Source: Callorhinchus milii
Taxonomy: Eukaryota
Direction: 5' to 3'
NCBI RefSeq assembly: GCF_018977255.1
Contig: NW_024704747.1
Coordinates: forward strand, 19,530,001-19,594,000
DNA length: 64,000 nt
Part shown: in pieces, positions 47,849-60,176 of the stretch
How positions within the stretch are numbered: the first letter of the stretch is position 1
Layout: every line of letters begins with the position of its first letter
Notes under the pieces: model-generated
Databases searched by the model: none
Seen by the model: the letters and a program-made list of their open reading frames with translations, nothing else
What the model was told of the DNA's origin: nothing
Translations under genes and position numbers: made by a program

Positions 47849-49729
47849 GCAAGAATTATTTTGCACTATTATTTTGCTCTACTCTGTCCATATCAATAAG
47901 CAGATGGGAGGAAGTGACTATTAGTAAGTTCTTCATGGCTGTTTGCGGGACATTGCTGTGTGCAAATTGAATGCTGCGTTTATCCATGAAATACAAAATC
48001 ACTAAACTTTACAATACTGTAAATCCTGTGAAACTCCTCCTGAGGTAAAACATGCGATATCAAATGCAATAATTATAACAATAATAATATCAAAGTAAAT
48101 CTGAAACATATTAACATTTCCTGGTGACAATGCTTGAGAGAAAAGTCTACCAAGGATTTTGTGTAAAAAAGGAGGAAAAGCTTTGCCCAGATTTCCAATT
48201 TCAACATCAGTTTCAAAAGCTTGTATTTTGTTTGTATTTGTTTGTTTGTTTGTTCACTTATTTGTTCAGACCTAAAACCTTGGCTAGGAGAGGAGAAACT
48301 AAGCAGTGAAACCCTTTGCAAACATTGGGAGGTGAAAAATTGAACAGCCAACAACTGTCGTCCAAAACAATCTTTAATTTCAGATGTCATTAACCCCCAC
48401 CCCACCCCTTTGACTTTAGCACCATAGTCTGCCTGCAGATGGTTAAAGTTTCTGTCTGCCACCATTCCTACTGCCTTGTTTATGTGACTCTGATTCTTTG
48501 TGAGTAACTCCCATCAAGAAATATTACAGCCCAGACCCTGACATCAAATGACTGCACCTTGTCCCAACTGTCAGCAAACACCTGCTGTAACCATAATGTG
48601 AAAGGACTAGATTGAGATCATGGATGTTGTTGACTGCGTACAGATGAAGTGTGAGAGATGACTCAGACCACAACCCTTGCTTACCACATCTCACTTGTGG
48701 TAATGACTGGAAACATATGAGATCATTACAGACCAATGCGAGGTTCATTCAGGCAATGTAGGTTCAACTGAAGCAAAAATAGACAGCAATAGTTTGGTTT
48801 CTGGTAAAAAAAAGTTTTATTTACAATGTGACAGTTCAGTACAAGCCTCTTTTTCGTAATCTTCATTGCCTTAATAACTCGCTTCTCCATTTGTTCCCAA
48901 TTCGGATTCACAATATTTTCTGTGTCAGGTCTTACCTTGCTGCTGTGGGCCAGTCTCATCGAATCTAATCTCTTGCTTTCTCTTAAACTCACTGAATCGG
49001 AATGCAAACTTGATGTTTGAGATCCTCAGCTCTCCCTTTCTTACATTTGGTCTCTCAGACCCAGTTTTTCTTTACCTTCTCCATATTGCCCACCTCTGCC
49101 CCTTTCTCACATCAATTGCCTTTGATAGCCTTATTCATGCCTTTTTTTCCTCCCAACTTGAATCCCCAAATACATTTCTCATAGTAATTTGTGGGACATT
49201 GCTGGTGCAAATGTGTTTACACAGTATTGATACAAAATTGGTTTGGATGACGATGGCCCATTGATCTCATCTCATCCAGAAAACCCATTTTACCTTCCTC
49301 CCATCGCAGCATCAGGCTCTTTCATAAATTAGCGCAGTATCCTGGTCTCAACAACCCTTCCTAATAAAGTTTGCCTACAAAAATAGTCACTATGCTTAAT
49401 ATTAATGACTTTTGAAGTGCTTTAAGATGTTTTGACCCGATCAAGTGCAAGAAAAATAAATCTTCTTTCACCTTTAAAGCTGAATCATATTAACCTTCTC
49501 CTTACACATCTAATACCACTGTGTTTGGAACCTGAAATCTTTGTTTAAGTCCTTGCTGGAACCCATTTACTGTGATATCTCTGCAGATGGGGAAACACTA
49601 TTTGGGTTGCACTTTCATCATGCGAACTTGTGAGCATGTTTCATGTACACTCAAAGGAGAGAAAATAAAATGGATGAATAGGAACAGAATAGTTTTGGGT
49701 TACGTTAATGAACTCAATGTAAGTCTGAA

Positions 49730-49892
49730 AATCCTCCTCTTTGACAGTGTCTTTGGTTACCCTCCTTCTCCGCCTGCCCTCCACCCTCCCTGATCCCAAT
49801 CCCCAGCTCGGGACAAAACCCTGACTGTCCAGTGCCTTGGGACATCCTTCCAATATGAATGGCGCTATACAAATGTAATTTTGTTGTTGTTG
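49730..49892 (+). mobile_element. L2 3' end
   Basis: cagtgccttgggacatccttcc...ggcgctatacaaatgtaatt(ttg)n. Confidence 0.75.
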
Positions 49893-50775
49893 AACACAGG
49901 AAAGATCCTAAAGTGAGAGAGTAAGTGTGACTCCAATTTTCTCTTTGCTTTTATATTCTATGCTCCTGTTCATAAAACCAAGGATTCAATTAGCATATTT
50001 TATACCTATGTCAACTTTTCCTATCACCTTTAATGATTTATGGGTACTAACCTCTGAATATCTCTACTCTTTCAGTACTTTAACATTTTACGTGTAATGT
50101 ACACCCCTCTCCTTATTCTTTATCCCCAAATCTTACCATCTTGTACTTCTCTGCAATAAATGTCACCCTCCTTCGATCTACCACACTCCATATTTTTGTG
50201 TCATCTGCAAATTGTGATATTATGCCCTCTACACCTGAGTTCAGACAATTTATATGAATGATGAATGGTCAATCACTGATTTTTCTAAGATATGACTGTT
50301 TAGCTTCCCCAACACCCACCTCACCCACTCTCTGCTTTTTGTCCTTTAGTCAATTTTCTATCAAAGTTTCCATCAATAGTGTCCGCTTTCACGTTTTTAA
50401 CAATGCTTATTAAACCCCTTCTGAAAATCCATCATCAACACCAAATTTATTTTATTCCCTTGAACAATATTCTGTTGTTTCTTCAAAAATTTCTATGAAA
50501 TTGGAGACATGATTTTACCGCAACTATATCAGGTGACTTATGATAAAAAGTTATGTAATGCAATATTCCAATAAATCAATGACTCCTATAAGATAGTAGT
50601 CTAGCAAAGGAGTTTTATTAGGTTCAGAAATATATGACATGATTTTCAACAAATCCCTCATACGTCTGAAGATTCCAATAGTTTACACAAGGCCCAATCA
50701 ACGAAGGTAGTAGCCAAGGGTTTTACTAATGTTTCATCTCATTTCATGAAGGCAAATCAAATTCTTCAACGCAAT

Positions 50776-51532
50776 TTAGAAGGAATCCCTCATACGTCTG
50801 AAAGATCCAATAGTTGAGCTGGAAGCGCCCCAGTCGCTGAATCGCCTGTACTCTCCGGGTCTCATGAAGTACTGGCGGCCTCTGTAGTTGGGCTGCTCAT
50901 ACATGGTCCAGTAGCCGTCCATCACGTTGCAGGAGTGGATGTCACGGTAGCGGAAACGGTCATAGACGGATGGGCAATCATCCATGAATTCCATCATCTG
51001 TCCTCCAAAGTCAGGTCTCTCGTACACCCTCATTCTGTAGGAGCCACCTCTGTACTGCAATATAGAAACACAACATTTGTGATGCAGCTGTGATTGAAAT
51101 TCACATTCTTATAGAAAACTACATGAAGGGTATACAACATCTCTAAATTGTTTGTCAGAATAAGCACCTTAAAACTGTCACTTACATATGGGTAGGTACG
51201 GCATGATCTGATGCTGTCATTGAAGCCCATCCAGCGCTGGTAGTCAGGATACTCTCCCCTGGTCAGAACGTACTGGTATCCCATGTAATTGGGTTTCTCG
51301 TACAGAACCCAGTAGTCGCTGTCAACGCGGATGGAGTTACAGCGGCTGAAGTAAGACTGCAGGTCGGCAGAGTCAGAGCTGCACTCATAGTGCCGTCCCT
51401 GGAAGTTCCTGTCCTCGTAAAAGATGATCTGAAAATATATATACGTATATGTATCACATAAATTAATCATTTAGCAATTTGAGAAACATTTTTACACACG
51501 ATGAAAAAGTGAGCCAGCCTTACCTTTCCCAT
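50776..51532 (-). CDS. gamma-crystallin gene 10 (complete, 176 aa, compact)
   Basis: Exons 51532-51524, 51428-51186 and 51054-50776 ([16 protein letters not shown]...[10 protein letters not shown]). Intron 2 is only 131 nt. Confidence 0.96.
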
Positions 51533-51594
51533 TTTGGCTTCAGTTAGGTAGGAGACTGATTTACTGAATGTGCTAATGCTTCACATGGCTTAAT

Positions 51595-51672
51595 ATTTAT
51601 ATGTTCAAGTGAAAGACTGTTGTAGAGAATACTTTTGTTATTCTAATGATCCAGGACTGTATATCAGCAAAA
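51595..51672 (-). promoter_or_regulatory. gene 10 core promoter
   Basis: TATAAAT at ~51595-51601; tttgttattctaatga at 51634-51649; TTTTGCTGA at 51672-51664. Confidence 0.7.
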
Positions 51673-53162
51673 CAAAGTTAAAACGTGTCACATGCATTGC
51701 AGAAAAACACCCTTATTGAGAGGTGTTGTCTGCTATTGATTCTTTTCATTTTGCTTTTCAGTCATTTATATTGTTCTGGGGGAGAAAGGAATCAAAGGAC
51801 GAGTTATTCTAAAGAACAAAATACGCATAAAATGTTCAATGTTGAGCTCTGCTGAATCTTCCAAAAATATACAGATATTTGTGTTTTAGTTTACTAGTTG
51901 CGCTTTTGGGTAGAAACCATTGACAACATTTGGTGATGTTTATAATTAATAATTATGTCTAACTGGGGGTATTAAATTTGAAAAAGATCTTTAAGCATTA
52001 AAGGGAACAAGCTTCTTGACGTTCCAATTCTTCAACCCAATTAAAACTCTGTGTGTGTGTGTTTTGTGTGTGTTTGTGTGTGTCTGTGTATCTCGCTCAT
52101 AATGTAATTGCAAAAACAAAATGTTTCTTATTCATATCCAGAGGAATAGGAACGTGGAAAATAAAATTACATTCAATTTATGTGAGACTATTGTTGTGCC
52201 TTCCAGAATATATTCTATTGAAGAATAAAGTCTTTAAAAACTTGGACAAAGTGATAATATTTGATGCAGGTACAAACAGCTATCAATTTTGATTTAATTG
52301 GTTCACTGTATTGCTGCTTGGAAAAATTCTAAAAATGACGGAATGATAAAGTACAGCAGTGAGTTAAGACTGCAAAAACTGCAAATAGCATTGAACAGGT
52401 GCACAAAACTTGTGAACGGGATAATTTTTCTATCTTTATTCCATTCTTTTCGACTACATATTTCACCAATGTATCAGGGAATCAGTGGACTGACTTTTGG
52501 CCAATACTCTTTTAATCGGAAACATTCCTAGCAGAATTGGTAATCCAATCCAAGGTATGCAAATTGCTTCCCCCATGCAAAGATGTTGCTTAGGGAAGGT
52601 ACGTTGGAAAGAGACATGGAAACAAAATTATACTTGTTTCATTTGACAGCTCGTCACAGTAACAAACATGCAACCTAGAAATTATAGCCACAGACTGTCA
52701 TGACATTGGGCAATGTTAAACTGGGATTGCAAATAGAATTTTGAGAGAGATTTACAATACAATGTAGTTTACATGTATATTATGCATTTCACATTGGGAG
52801 GAAGTCCCAAAGGGCTTGACAATACTGCTTGGGCACCTGAGCTGGGGGAGGGGAGAGGAAAGATGATCAAAAGTGCAGTCAAAGAGCACATTTTGAGGCT
52901 TACCTTGAAAGAGAGCAATCTTGACTGTTGTAATCATTGTCCATTATGCAGGTATTTAGGAGGCACTAACTAGTATGGTTGTGTGTACATCCACCTGACA
53001 CCCTGGATATCAGTGGTGACACTCTGGACACTCTAGTGGTCTATATGAAATCCAAGAGAAACCGACAATAAGAGACTTAATTAAGATGATAGTTACGTAA
53101 TAGGTGCCTTATTTTGGTCAGACTTATTTCAGCAAAATAAAGCTAGTTTTTCCATCACAATC

Positions 53163-53259
53163 TCAAAATTCCTCAAATGTCTGAAAGATCCAATAGTTGA
53201 ACTGGAAGCAGCCAGGTTGTTCAATCACCAATCAATCTCCAGGTCTCAGGAAGCACTGA
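53163..53259 (-). pseudogene. degenerate remnant of a gamma-crystallin exon 3 3' end
   Basis: Minus strand reads QCFLRPGD ... [15 protein letters not shown]; ctgaaagatccaatagttga is identical to genes 9-11. Confidence 0.8.
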
Positions 53260-53299
53260 CAGTATTCTACTACAAATAATAATTCTTGAATTTATCATT

Positions 53300-53800
53300 T
53301 AATCCTTGGCCTTCTCAACTCTTCCCTCCACAATATGCAGATCATCAGAACTCTGCAGCTCGTGTCCTTTCCCACTCCAGGCCCCCATGACCCCATGACC
53401 CCCACTCTCGCCCGGCTCCACTGGCTCCCTAAACCCAAGAGGAGAGAGTTCAAAATCTTCATTCTCGCTTTCAAGGCTCTCGATGGCCTTGCCCCTCCCA
53501 GATCCCCGTATCCCACCCTGCCTGCTCCACCATCGCCAGTCGGGCCTTCAGCCTTTCTGCTCCCACCCTATGGAACTCCATCCCACATTCCCTTCGCCTC
53601 GCTCCCTCTCTTGCCTCCTTCAAGGCGGGTCTCAAAACCCTGCTCTTCAACCGAGCTTTCGGCCACCCTTCTATCCTCCCTGCCCTCCATCTTCCCCGAT
53701 CCTAACCCCCAGCTCGGGTCCAAATCCCTGACTGTCCAACGCGTTGGGACGTTCTCCCAATGTGAAAGGCGCTACACAAATGTAACTTTGTATTGTATTG
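53300..53800 (+). mobile_element. L2 LINE 3' fragment (copy A)
   Basis: TPTLARLHWLP...FKIFILAFKALDGLAP and L2 tail. Confidence 0.85.
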
Positions 53801-53812
53801 CATTTGGCATAG

Positions 53813-54728
53813 GATGTCTGACATTGAGTCCTGGACGAGAGACAACTTTCTTCAGCTCAACGTGCGCAAAACTGAGGCCCTCCTGATTGGCTCGCGCCAG
53901 TGCCTCCGCACCTCTGGCGCTGACAGCATCAGCATCCAAGGCTGCACTCTCCACCTCTCAAAGTCAGTCAGGAACTCAGTGTTCTGTTCGACCCTGAGCT
54001 GTCCTTTCTCCCTCATATCCGCGCCACAACTGGCACCGCCTTCCATCACCTCCGGAATATCGCCAGACTACGGCACTACCTCACCCCTCACGCTGCTGAA
54101 ACTCTGGTCCACGCCTTTATCACCTCAAGGCTGGACTATGGGAACTCTCTCCTCGCCGGCCTTCCCGGCACCTCCCTCCACACTGCAGGTCATTCAGAAC
54201 TCTGCAGCTCGTGTACTGTCCCGCACCAGGCTTCGGGACCACATCACTCCCACCCTCGCTCGCCTCCACTGGCTCCCCATCCCCCAGAGGATCGAATTCA
54301 AGATCCTCATCCTCACCTATAAGGCCATTCACGGCCTTGCTCCCTCCTACCTCTCTGATCTACGATCCCCCTACCTACCTGCCCGTACCCTCCGTTCCTC
54401 TGGCTCCAGTCTGCTCCACACCCCCCGCCCCAACCGCCCTACCATCGGTGGCCGGGCCTTCAGCCTCTCAGCCCCTGGGCTCTGGAATTCTATCCCCCAG
54501 TGCCTTCGCCTTGCCGCCTCCCTTTCCTCCTTCAAGGCCGGTCTCAAAACCTTTCTCTTTGACCGTGCCTTCACCTCCCCTCTCGACTCTCTACCCCCTC
54601 CTCGCTCCCTCCCCTCACCCTGACCATTTCCCCCCTGCTCAGGTCCTGACCCAACTGCACAGCGCCTTGGGACGTCCTCCCGACGTGAACGGAGCTCTAT
54701 AAATGGAATCTTGTTGTTGTTGTTGTTG
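53813..54728 (+). mobile_element. L2 LINE 3' fragment (copy B, younger)
   Basis: DIESWTRDNFLQLNVRKTEALLIG...LQVIQNSAARVLSRTRLRDHITPTLARLHWLPIPQRIEFKIL...GGRAFS...FKAGLKTFLF; (ttg)n tail. Confidence 0.92.
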
Positions 54729-55486
54729 TCTCAAAGCGATTCATAGGAATTATTGTAGCTGGTTGGTTATGGAATCCAATGGTTCATTTGAGTATTCTAG
54801 TTATATTCTCAATTGGAGAGAAACAGTCCCATTTGTCCTATCTGATTGTTCCAGTCGGTTGTTGAAATTTTCCAATGAACTGTTATACTCTATTTTAGAT
54901 TGAGATATCTTCTTACATTAGAATTAAGGTTGTTAAAAGAAACACATAAGGTTGTGAGATTGTGGAATGCACTGCCCCAAAACGTTATACATGATGACTG
55001 AATGTTTCTGTTTTAAAGAGAAATGACTGCCCCAAAGCCTTCATTTTTGATGATATTTTAGGTATTTTACATAATTTTAATATTTAGGAAAGGAGAAAAG
55101 CTTATATAAAGTTGGTGTATTTCATTTGGGAATAGCAATGCTTAATTCTCCCCAGATGAGCTTCTAGTGGCAGCTTGGAAGCTTTATATTCTACAAGGAA
55201 GAGTAAGTAATATTATAAAACTCTGATGAATCTAACTTGATTTGTATTATTAACAATTGTAAATGATTTTCATTGTCCTGTAGCTGAGATCACCCACCAT
55301 GTTATGGCTGAAGTTCTTGCCTACGTCACCTCCCAAGTAAAGCGGAGTCAAATATCATTGATAATAGCTTTTACATATAATGATTGTACAGACTTCAAAA
55401 TATTGAGTGAAAACACTGGTATTTTTGTATGTTTTATCCTAAAACATTTGAACATTCTGCTCCTCCAGCATATATATTTTGCATAA

Positions 55487-55832
55487 AATAATAATAATAA
55501 TCCTTGCATTTGATATAGCGCTTTTCACGTCTTCTAGACGTCTCAAATTGCTTCACAAAATATACTGTAAAGTGAATTGCCTGTATATTGGTGGGCGAAA
55601 CGTGGCAGCCAACTCTGCACAGCAGTATCCCACAAAGAGTCATGAATTGAGTGACCAAATTATTATTTATTTATTTATTTATTTATTTATTATTAACCGG
55701 GTTCCTAATTACTGCTAGGTAAACAGAGGCGTGTGGAGTAAGGAAACTTGCCCAAAATTTCACCCTGCCGGGAATACAACCCAGGTCTCTTGCTTGCGAG
55801 GAGAGTGCTCTAACCAATGAGCTACAGGACTC
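55487..55832 (-). mobile_element. tRNA-derived SINE, long variant, with internal (TTTA)n
   Basis: Reverse-complement tail, core and head (ctctaaccaatgagctacaggactcc). Confidence 0.85.
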
Positions 55833-56186
55833 CACATATATGAAAATAGATGAACGATATACTTATATTTATATTCAACACTGTAGTGATAGATTTGCCA
55901 TGATCCATATGAAATCGTATGTTTATAAATAGGAATAGCTGTACCATTTCTTTGGTAAAATGGTCTCAAAGCTTTTTTTTCTATTGACGTCTTATCAGAA
56001 TCTCAAATCTTGTCATGAAATAAATACAGTAGATTCTGGTTTACTTAAATATTGGTGTCTCAAAGATGCTGTATTTGATAGATCAAACACCACAAGTAAT
56101 TTCTACACCAGAAGAGTTGTGAGATTGTGGAACACACTGCCCAGAAAGCCAATGTTTAATGAGGAGATGGATAACTACTTGTGAAC

Positions 56187-56218
<32 letters not shown>
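56187..56218. repeat. (AAAGTAT)x4 tandem repeat inside a CR1 remnant
   Basis: aaagtataaagtataaagtataaagtataaag. Confidence 0.85.
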
Positions 56219-56601
56219 GGATATGGATATGGACAAAAGATAGGTTAATGGGATTGAGAGATATGCCATAATCTTAAAAATGGGTGCACAGAGTGAATAG
56301 GACAATTACTTAATTTCCAAGTTCTACAAACTTCCTGAAATTAATAATTCTGTTTGTATTGTTTATTTAATGTAAATGCCTTTGGTAGGATTTGTATCTA
56401 ACTAATCAGAAATTCAGTGTAAAGCTGCTTGTGAGGACCCCTGACTATGATAAAATATGGAAAATTGGAAGAATATAGAAACCAATTACTCTGTTATACA
56501 GTTTATATGAAAAGCCAAACAACAGAGGTAGTTGTCAAGTGTTTTATTCATGTTTAGTGTTGTTTCATTTATGAAGCTCAATAAAATTCTTCAAGAGCAA
56601 T

Positions 56602-57741
56602 TTAGAAGAAATCCCTCATACGTCTGAAAGATCCAATAGTTGAGCTGGAAGAGCCCCAGTCGCTGAATCGCCTGTACTCTCCGGGTCTCATGAAATACTG
56701 GCGGCCTCTGTAGTTGGGCTGATCATACATGATCCAGTAGCCGTCCATCACGTTGCAGGAGTGGATGTCACGGTAGCGAAAACGGTCATAGACAGATGGG
56801 CAGTCATCCATGAATTCCATCATCTGTCCTCCAAAGTCAGGTCTCTCGTACACCCTCATTCTGTAGGAGCCACCTCTGTACTGCAATATAGAAACACAAC
56901 ATTTGTGATGCAGCTGTGAATATACATACATTAATATAAAGAACTAAAAAATAGGAATTGATCACAACAATGATCACTTCTAAACAAAGATCCAGCTCTT
57001 TCTATGATAAAGCCACACATTTCCAACGAAATTGATTCTGCCCCAGGTGACAGCCTTGATAGAAAGCTTTTCAATTTTCCTGGTCTCATTATCCCTTTTC
57101 ATTCAATTGTAGACAATAATAATGATATAGAGTCTGTATCATCAAAACAACGCAGAGAGAGAGTGCAACAATTCAATTTGCTGAACACGCTTTTGATGCA
57201 AAAGGTGAGTTTATCATCAACTCAAATAAATAATAAAATACATGGCGAACTCTAGGTGAGTACATCACACAAAAGAGGAGAGCTGAAATAAACTGCATTA
57301 ACGTCCCACAACATCTCTAAATTGTTTCAGTAAATAATTTATGGTTATTAATGTCCCCGGAAACTGTGACTTACATATGGGTAGGTACGGCATGACCTGA
57401 TGCTGTCATTGAAGCCCATCCAGTGCTGGTAGTCAGGATACTCTCCCCTGGTCAGAACGTACTGGTATCCCATGTAATTGGGTCTCTCGTACAGAACCCA
57501 GTAATCGCTCTCAACGCGGATGGAGTTACAGCGGCTGAAGTAAGACTGCAGGTCGGCAGAGTCAGAGCTGCACTCATAGTGCCGTCCCTGGAAGTTCCTG
57601 TCCTCGTAAAAGATGATCTGGTGCGGGGAAGGGGAGCAAAAGACATTGTCAAGATTAATAATTTAGCACATTACAAGTTCATACATAAAGAATAACAAAT
57701 GTACCAAGTGCAAAATAGGAATGTTGCCTTGCCTTTCCCAT
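56602..57741 (-). CDS. gamma-crystallin gene 11 (complete, 176 aa; GC-AG intron 1)
   Basis: Exons 57741-57733 (ATGGGAAAG|gcaagg), 57617-57375 and 56880-56602 (...[10 protein letters not shown]). AATAAA at 56548-56543. Confidence 0.9.
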
Positions 57742-57801
57742 TTTGAGCTCACAGTTCACTAATAGCTGAGTGCATGCACTATTGCTCTACGCAACCCTGT
57801 C

Positions 57802-57877
57802 TTTATATACTGTATTGAAAGACCAAACCAGGCCTCACGTTTGTTATTCTAATGATTCAAGACTGTGCATCAGCAAA
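57802..57877 (-). promoter_or_regulatory. gene 11 core promoter
   Basis: TATATAAA at 57802-57809; tttgttattctaatga at 57840-57855; TTTGCTGA at 57877-57870. Confidence 0.7.
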
Positions 57878-58394
57878 TAACAAAACAAAAAAAACTGTCA
57901 CATTGCAGAAAGCACCTGTGTTTGTTTCATTTGCTGAACTGCCGTCGATTCTTTCCATTTTGCTATCACGCCATTTTAACTGTTCTGTGTGTGGTGAAAA
58001 ATAAGAATGAGAGTCCGTTGTGCCTCAAAAAGAGCCAATGCTGTGGAAGGTAAACAAAATGTTGAATCTGTAGGAAAAAGCCCTGACGTTTCCAATTTTG
58101 TTTATTCCGGGTCTAAACATTGTTGCTCTATTCTTTATCATTGTGAAATGGATTTTCTTTCAGTACATTTTCTAAACGTTGAAATTAACGTGCTTTATAC
58201 GAAATTAGTATTTCCCCCCTACCACAATAATCTGTAGTGGGTAAGTGCTTTACTTTAGATGAGTCCTCACTATTTTCATTATTTTCAACTAACTAAGGTC
58301 AGAAATACTTTTATCAGCTTCTTGCTATTGGCCCGATGTTGTTTAATAAGACGTGATATTTAACTTTTAACGGCAAATGTAGGTAACGGGATCA

Positions 58395-58690
58395 GTTGAG
58401 GCAGCAGGTAGTGAACTTCATCCGGGTGATTGTGGTTGAGAGGGAGGAGGGAGAAATGAGGGCAAAAGAGTGCAAGTTAGGGAAAAGTGGCAGGAGCCGT
58501 GGCAGAGGGAGAAGACGGTGTGGATGGTCTGGCTGGGGTGGAAGGGGACATGGGAGGGGTGGGGGGTGGGAACAATGCAGCCAAGCGGATGTTTTCAATT
58601 TTTGAGATAAAGTAGTCTAGGACCTCTTCGCACTTGGGGTTTGATGTGAGAATGGAGGGGACTTGAGGGGATGCACGCAGGAGGTGATGG
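58395..58690 (-). mobile_element. L2 LINE internal fragment
   Basis: ORF SNPKCEEVLDYFISKIENIR matches the piece SNLHCEEMLDFLESKIKGIR at the 5' edge of the 25843-26680 L2. Confidence 0.65.
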
Positions 58691-58759
58691 GCGAATAAGA
58701 ATATTGCGAACATATTTTTATTCTAGATCAACATATTTGGTTCAGCACAATAACCAATG

Positions 58760-59052
58760 AATAATAATAATAATCCTTGCATTTGATATAGTGCTTCTAG
58801 ATGTCTCAAAGCACTTCACAGAATATATTGTAAAGTGAATTGACTGTTTAGTTGTGGGCGAAACGCGGCAGCCGATTGCGCACAGCAGTGTCCCACAAAC
58901 AGTCGTGGATTGAAGTGACCAATTTATCATTGTTTTTTTTCTTGAAGGATTATTATCAGGCACGTGGAGTAAGGAAACTTGCCCAAGGTTTTCCCCTGCC
59001 GGGTATCGAACCCAGGTCTCTCGCTTGCGAGGCGAGTGCTTTAACCACTGAG
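58760..59052 (-). mobile_element. tRNA-derived SINE, short variant
   Basis: Reverse-complement copy of the 6826-type element. Confidence 0.85.
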
Positions 59053-60176
59053 ATGGACAACATGTAATTTAGAGCATTTCAGGCCATGTGCTTGGTTTAT
59101 ACAATGTAATACAATTATACCGTACAATTTACATTTTTATTATGCCTTTCACGTTTGGAGGCTATCTCAAAGTTCTTAATCCCTACACATAACTCAATCT
59201 CTGAATAGGTTTGCAAGTGTTGCATCTTATTTTACTAAGATCATGAACAATGCAGCCTGCTGGATGCTATTCATTGTCTTCTTCATTCCTATATTCGTCT
59301 GTTCCCGTTAAATCTTGCAGACAGTTAAATTATTGCAGCTGAAAGATCAATTCCAGTTGTGTGCAATTCTTTATGATATTAAATCAATAGCATGTAATGT
59401 ATCTATCCAGCTTTAATAATAATTCTTGTATTTGCCAGGGGTTCTCGAGCATTCATAGGTAGTTCGAAGCATATGTGCCTGCGACTGCCAGGAAAGTGGA
59501 AGGCGAACTAGATGGATCTTGATCTTTTTTCATCTAGCATTTCTTATGTTCTTATGTAGGGGTCAAAATCCCTTCAAAATTAAATAAATAATAACATTTT
59601 AAAAATTGGGTCAACCAATCCACGACTGTTTGTGGGACACCCACAGTATATTCTGTAAAACGTCTTGAAGACATGATAAGGTGCTATATCAAATGCAAGA
59701 ATTATTATTATAATCCATTTTTCTAACAGATGTTTCTATTGGAAAATATTTATGCAAGATTTTTCCAACTTTTAAATCACCAAACCTTTCTTTTTTTTAA
59801 AAAAAGGGCACACAACTGCCCGCCTCCCAACATCCTATCTAAAAAAAACCTTTACTGCGAGTGCGGGAATTGTCTGCGCACATGCCTCAGCATCGTGAGA
59901 ACTGTTCCCACATTGACCTTGAGAAGCCAGCGCATGTGCTCACACAGTGGGATGTGTATAGTGCCTTTCTCCTGATGTGAAGGGCACTATATCAAATATA
60001 AGGATTATTATGATTATTATCTAAAGCCTCAGTCTTCAAAAAGAGGGAATAGTTGTTGCAAATATGTAATATTTGATGGAGCTTTGGATGTGATAATTAT
60101 GATATATGAAATATTATGAACTATGAAATTTCACGAATTTAGCAAATCCAGCTCAATCCACATTAGTGAGCTATGG

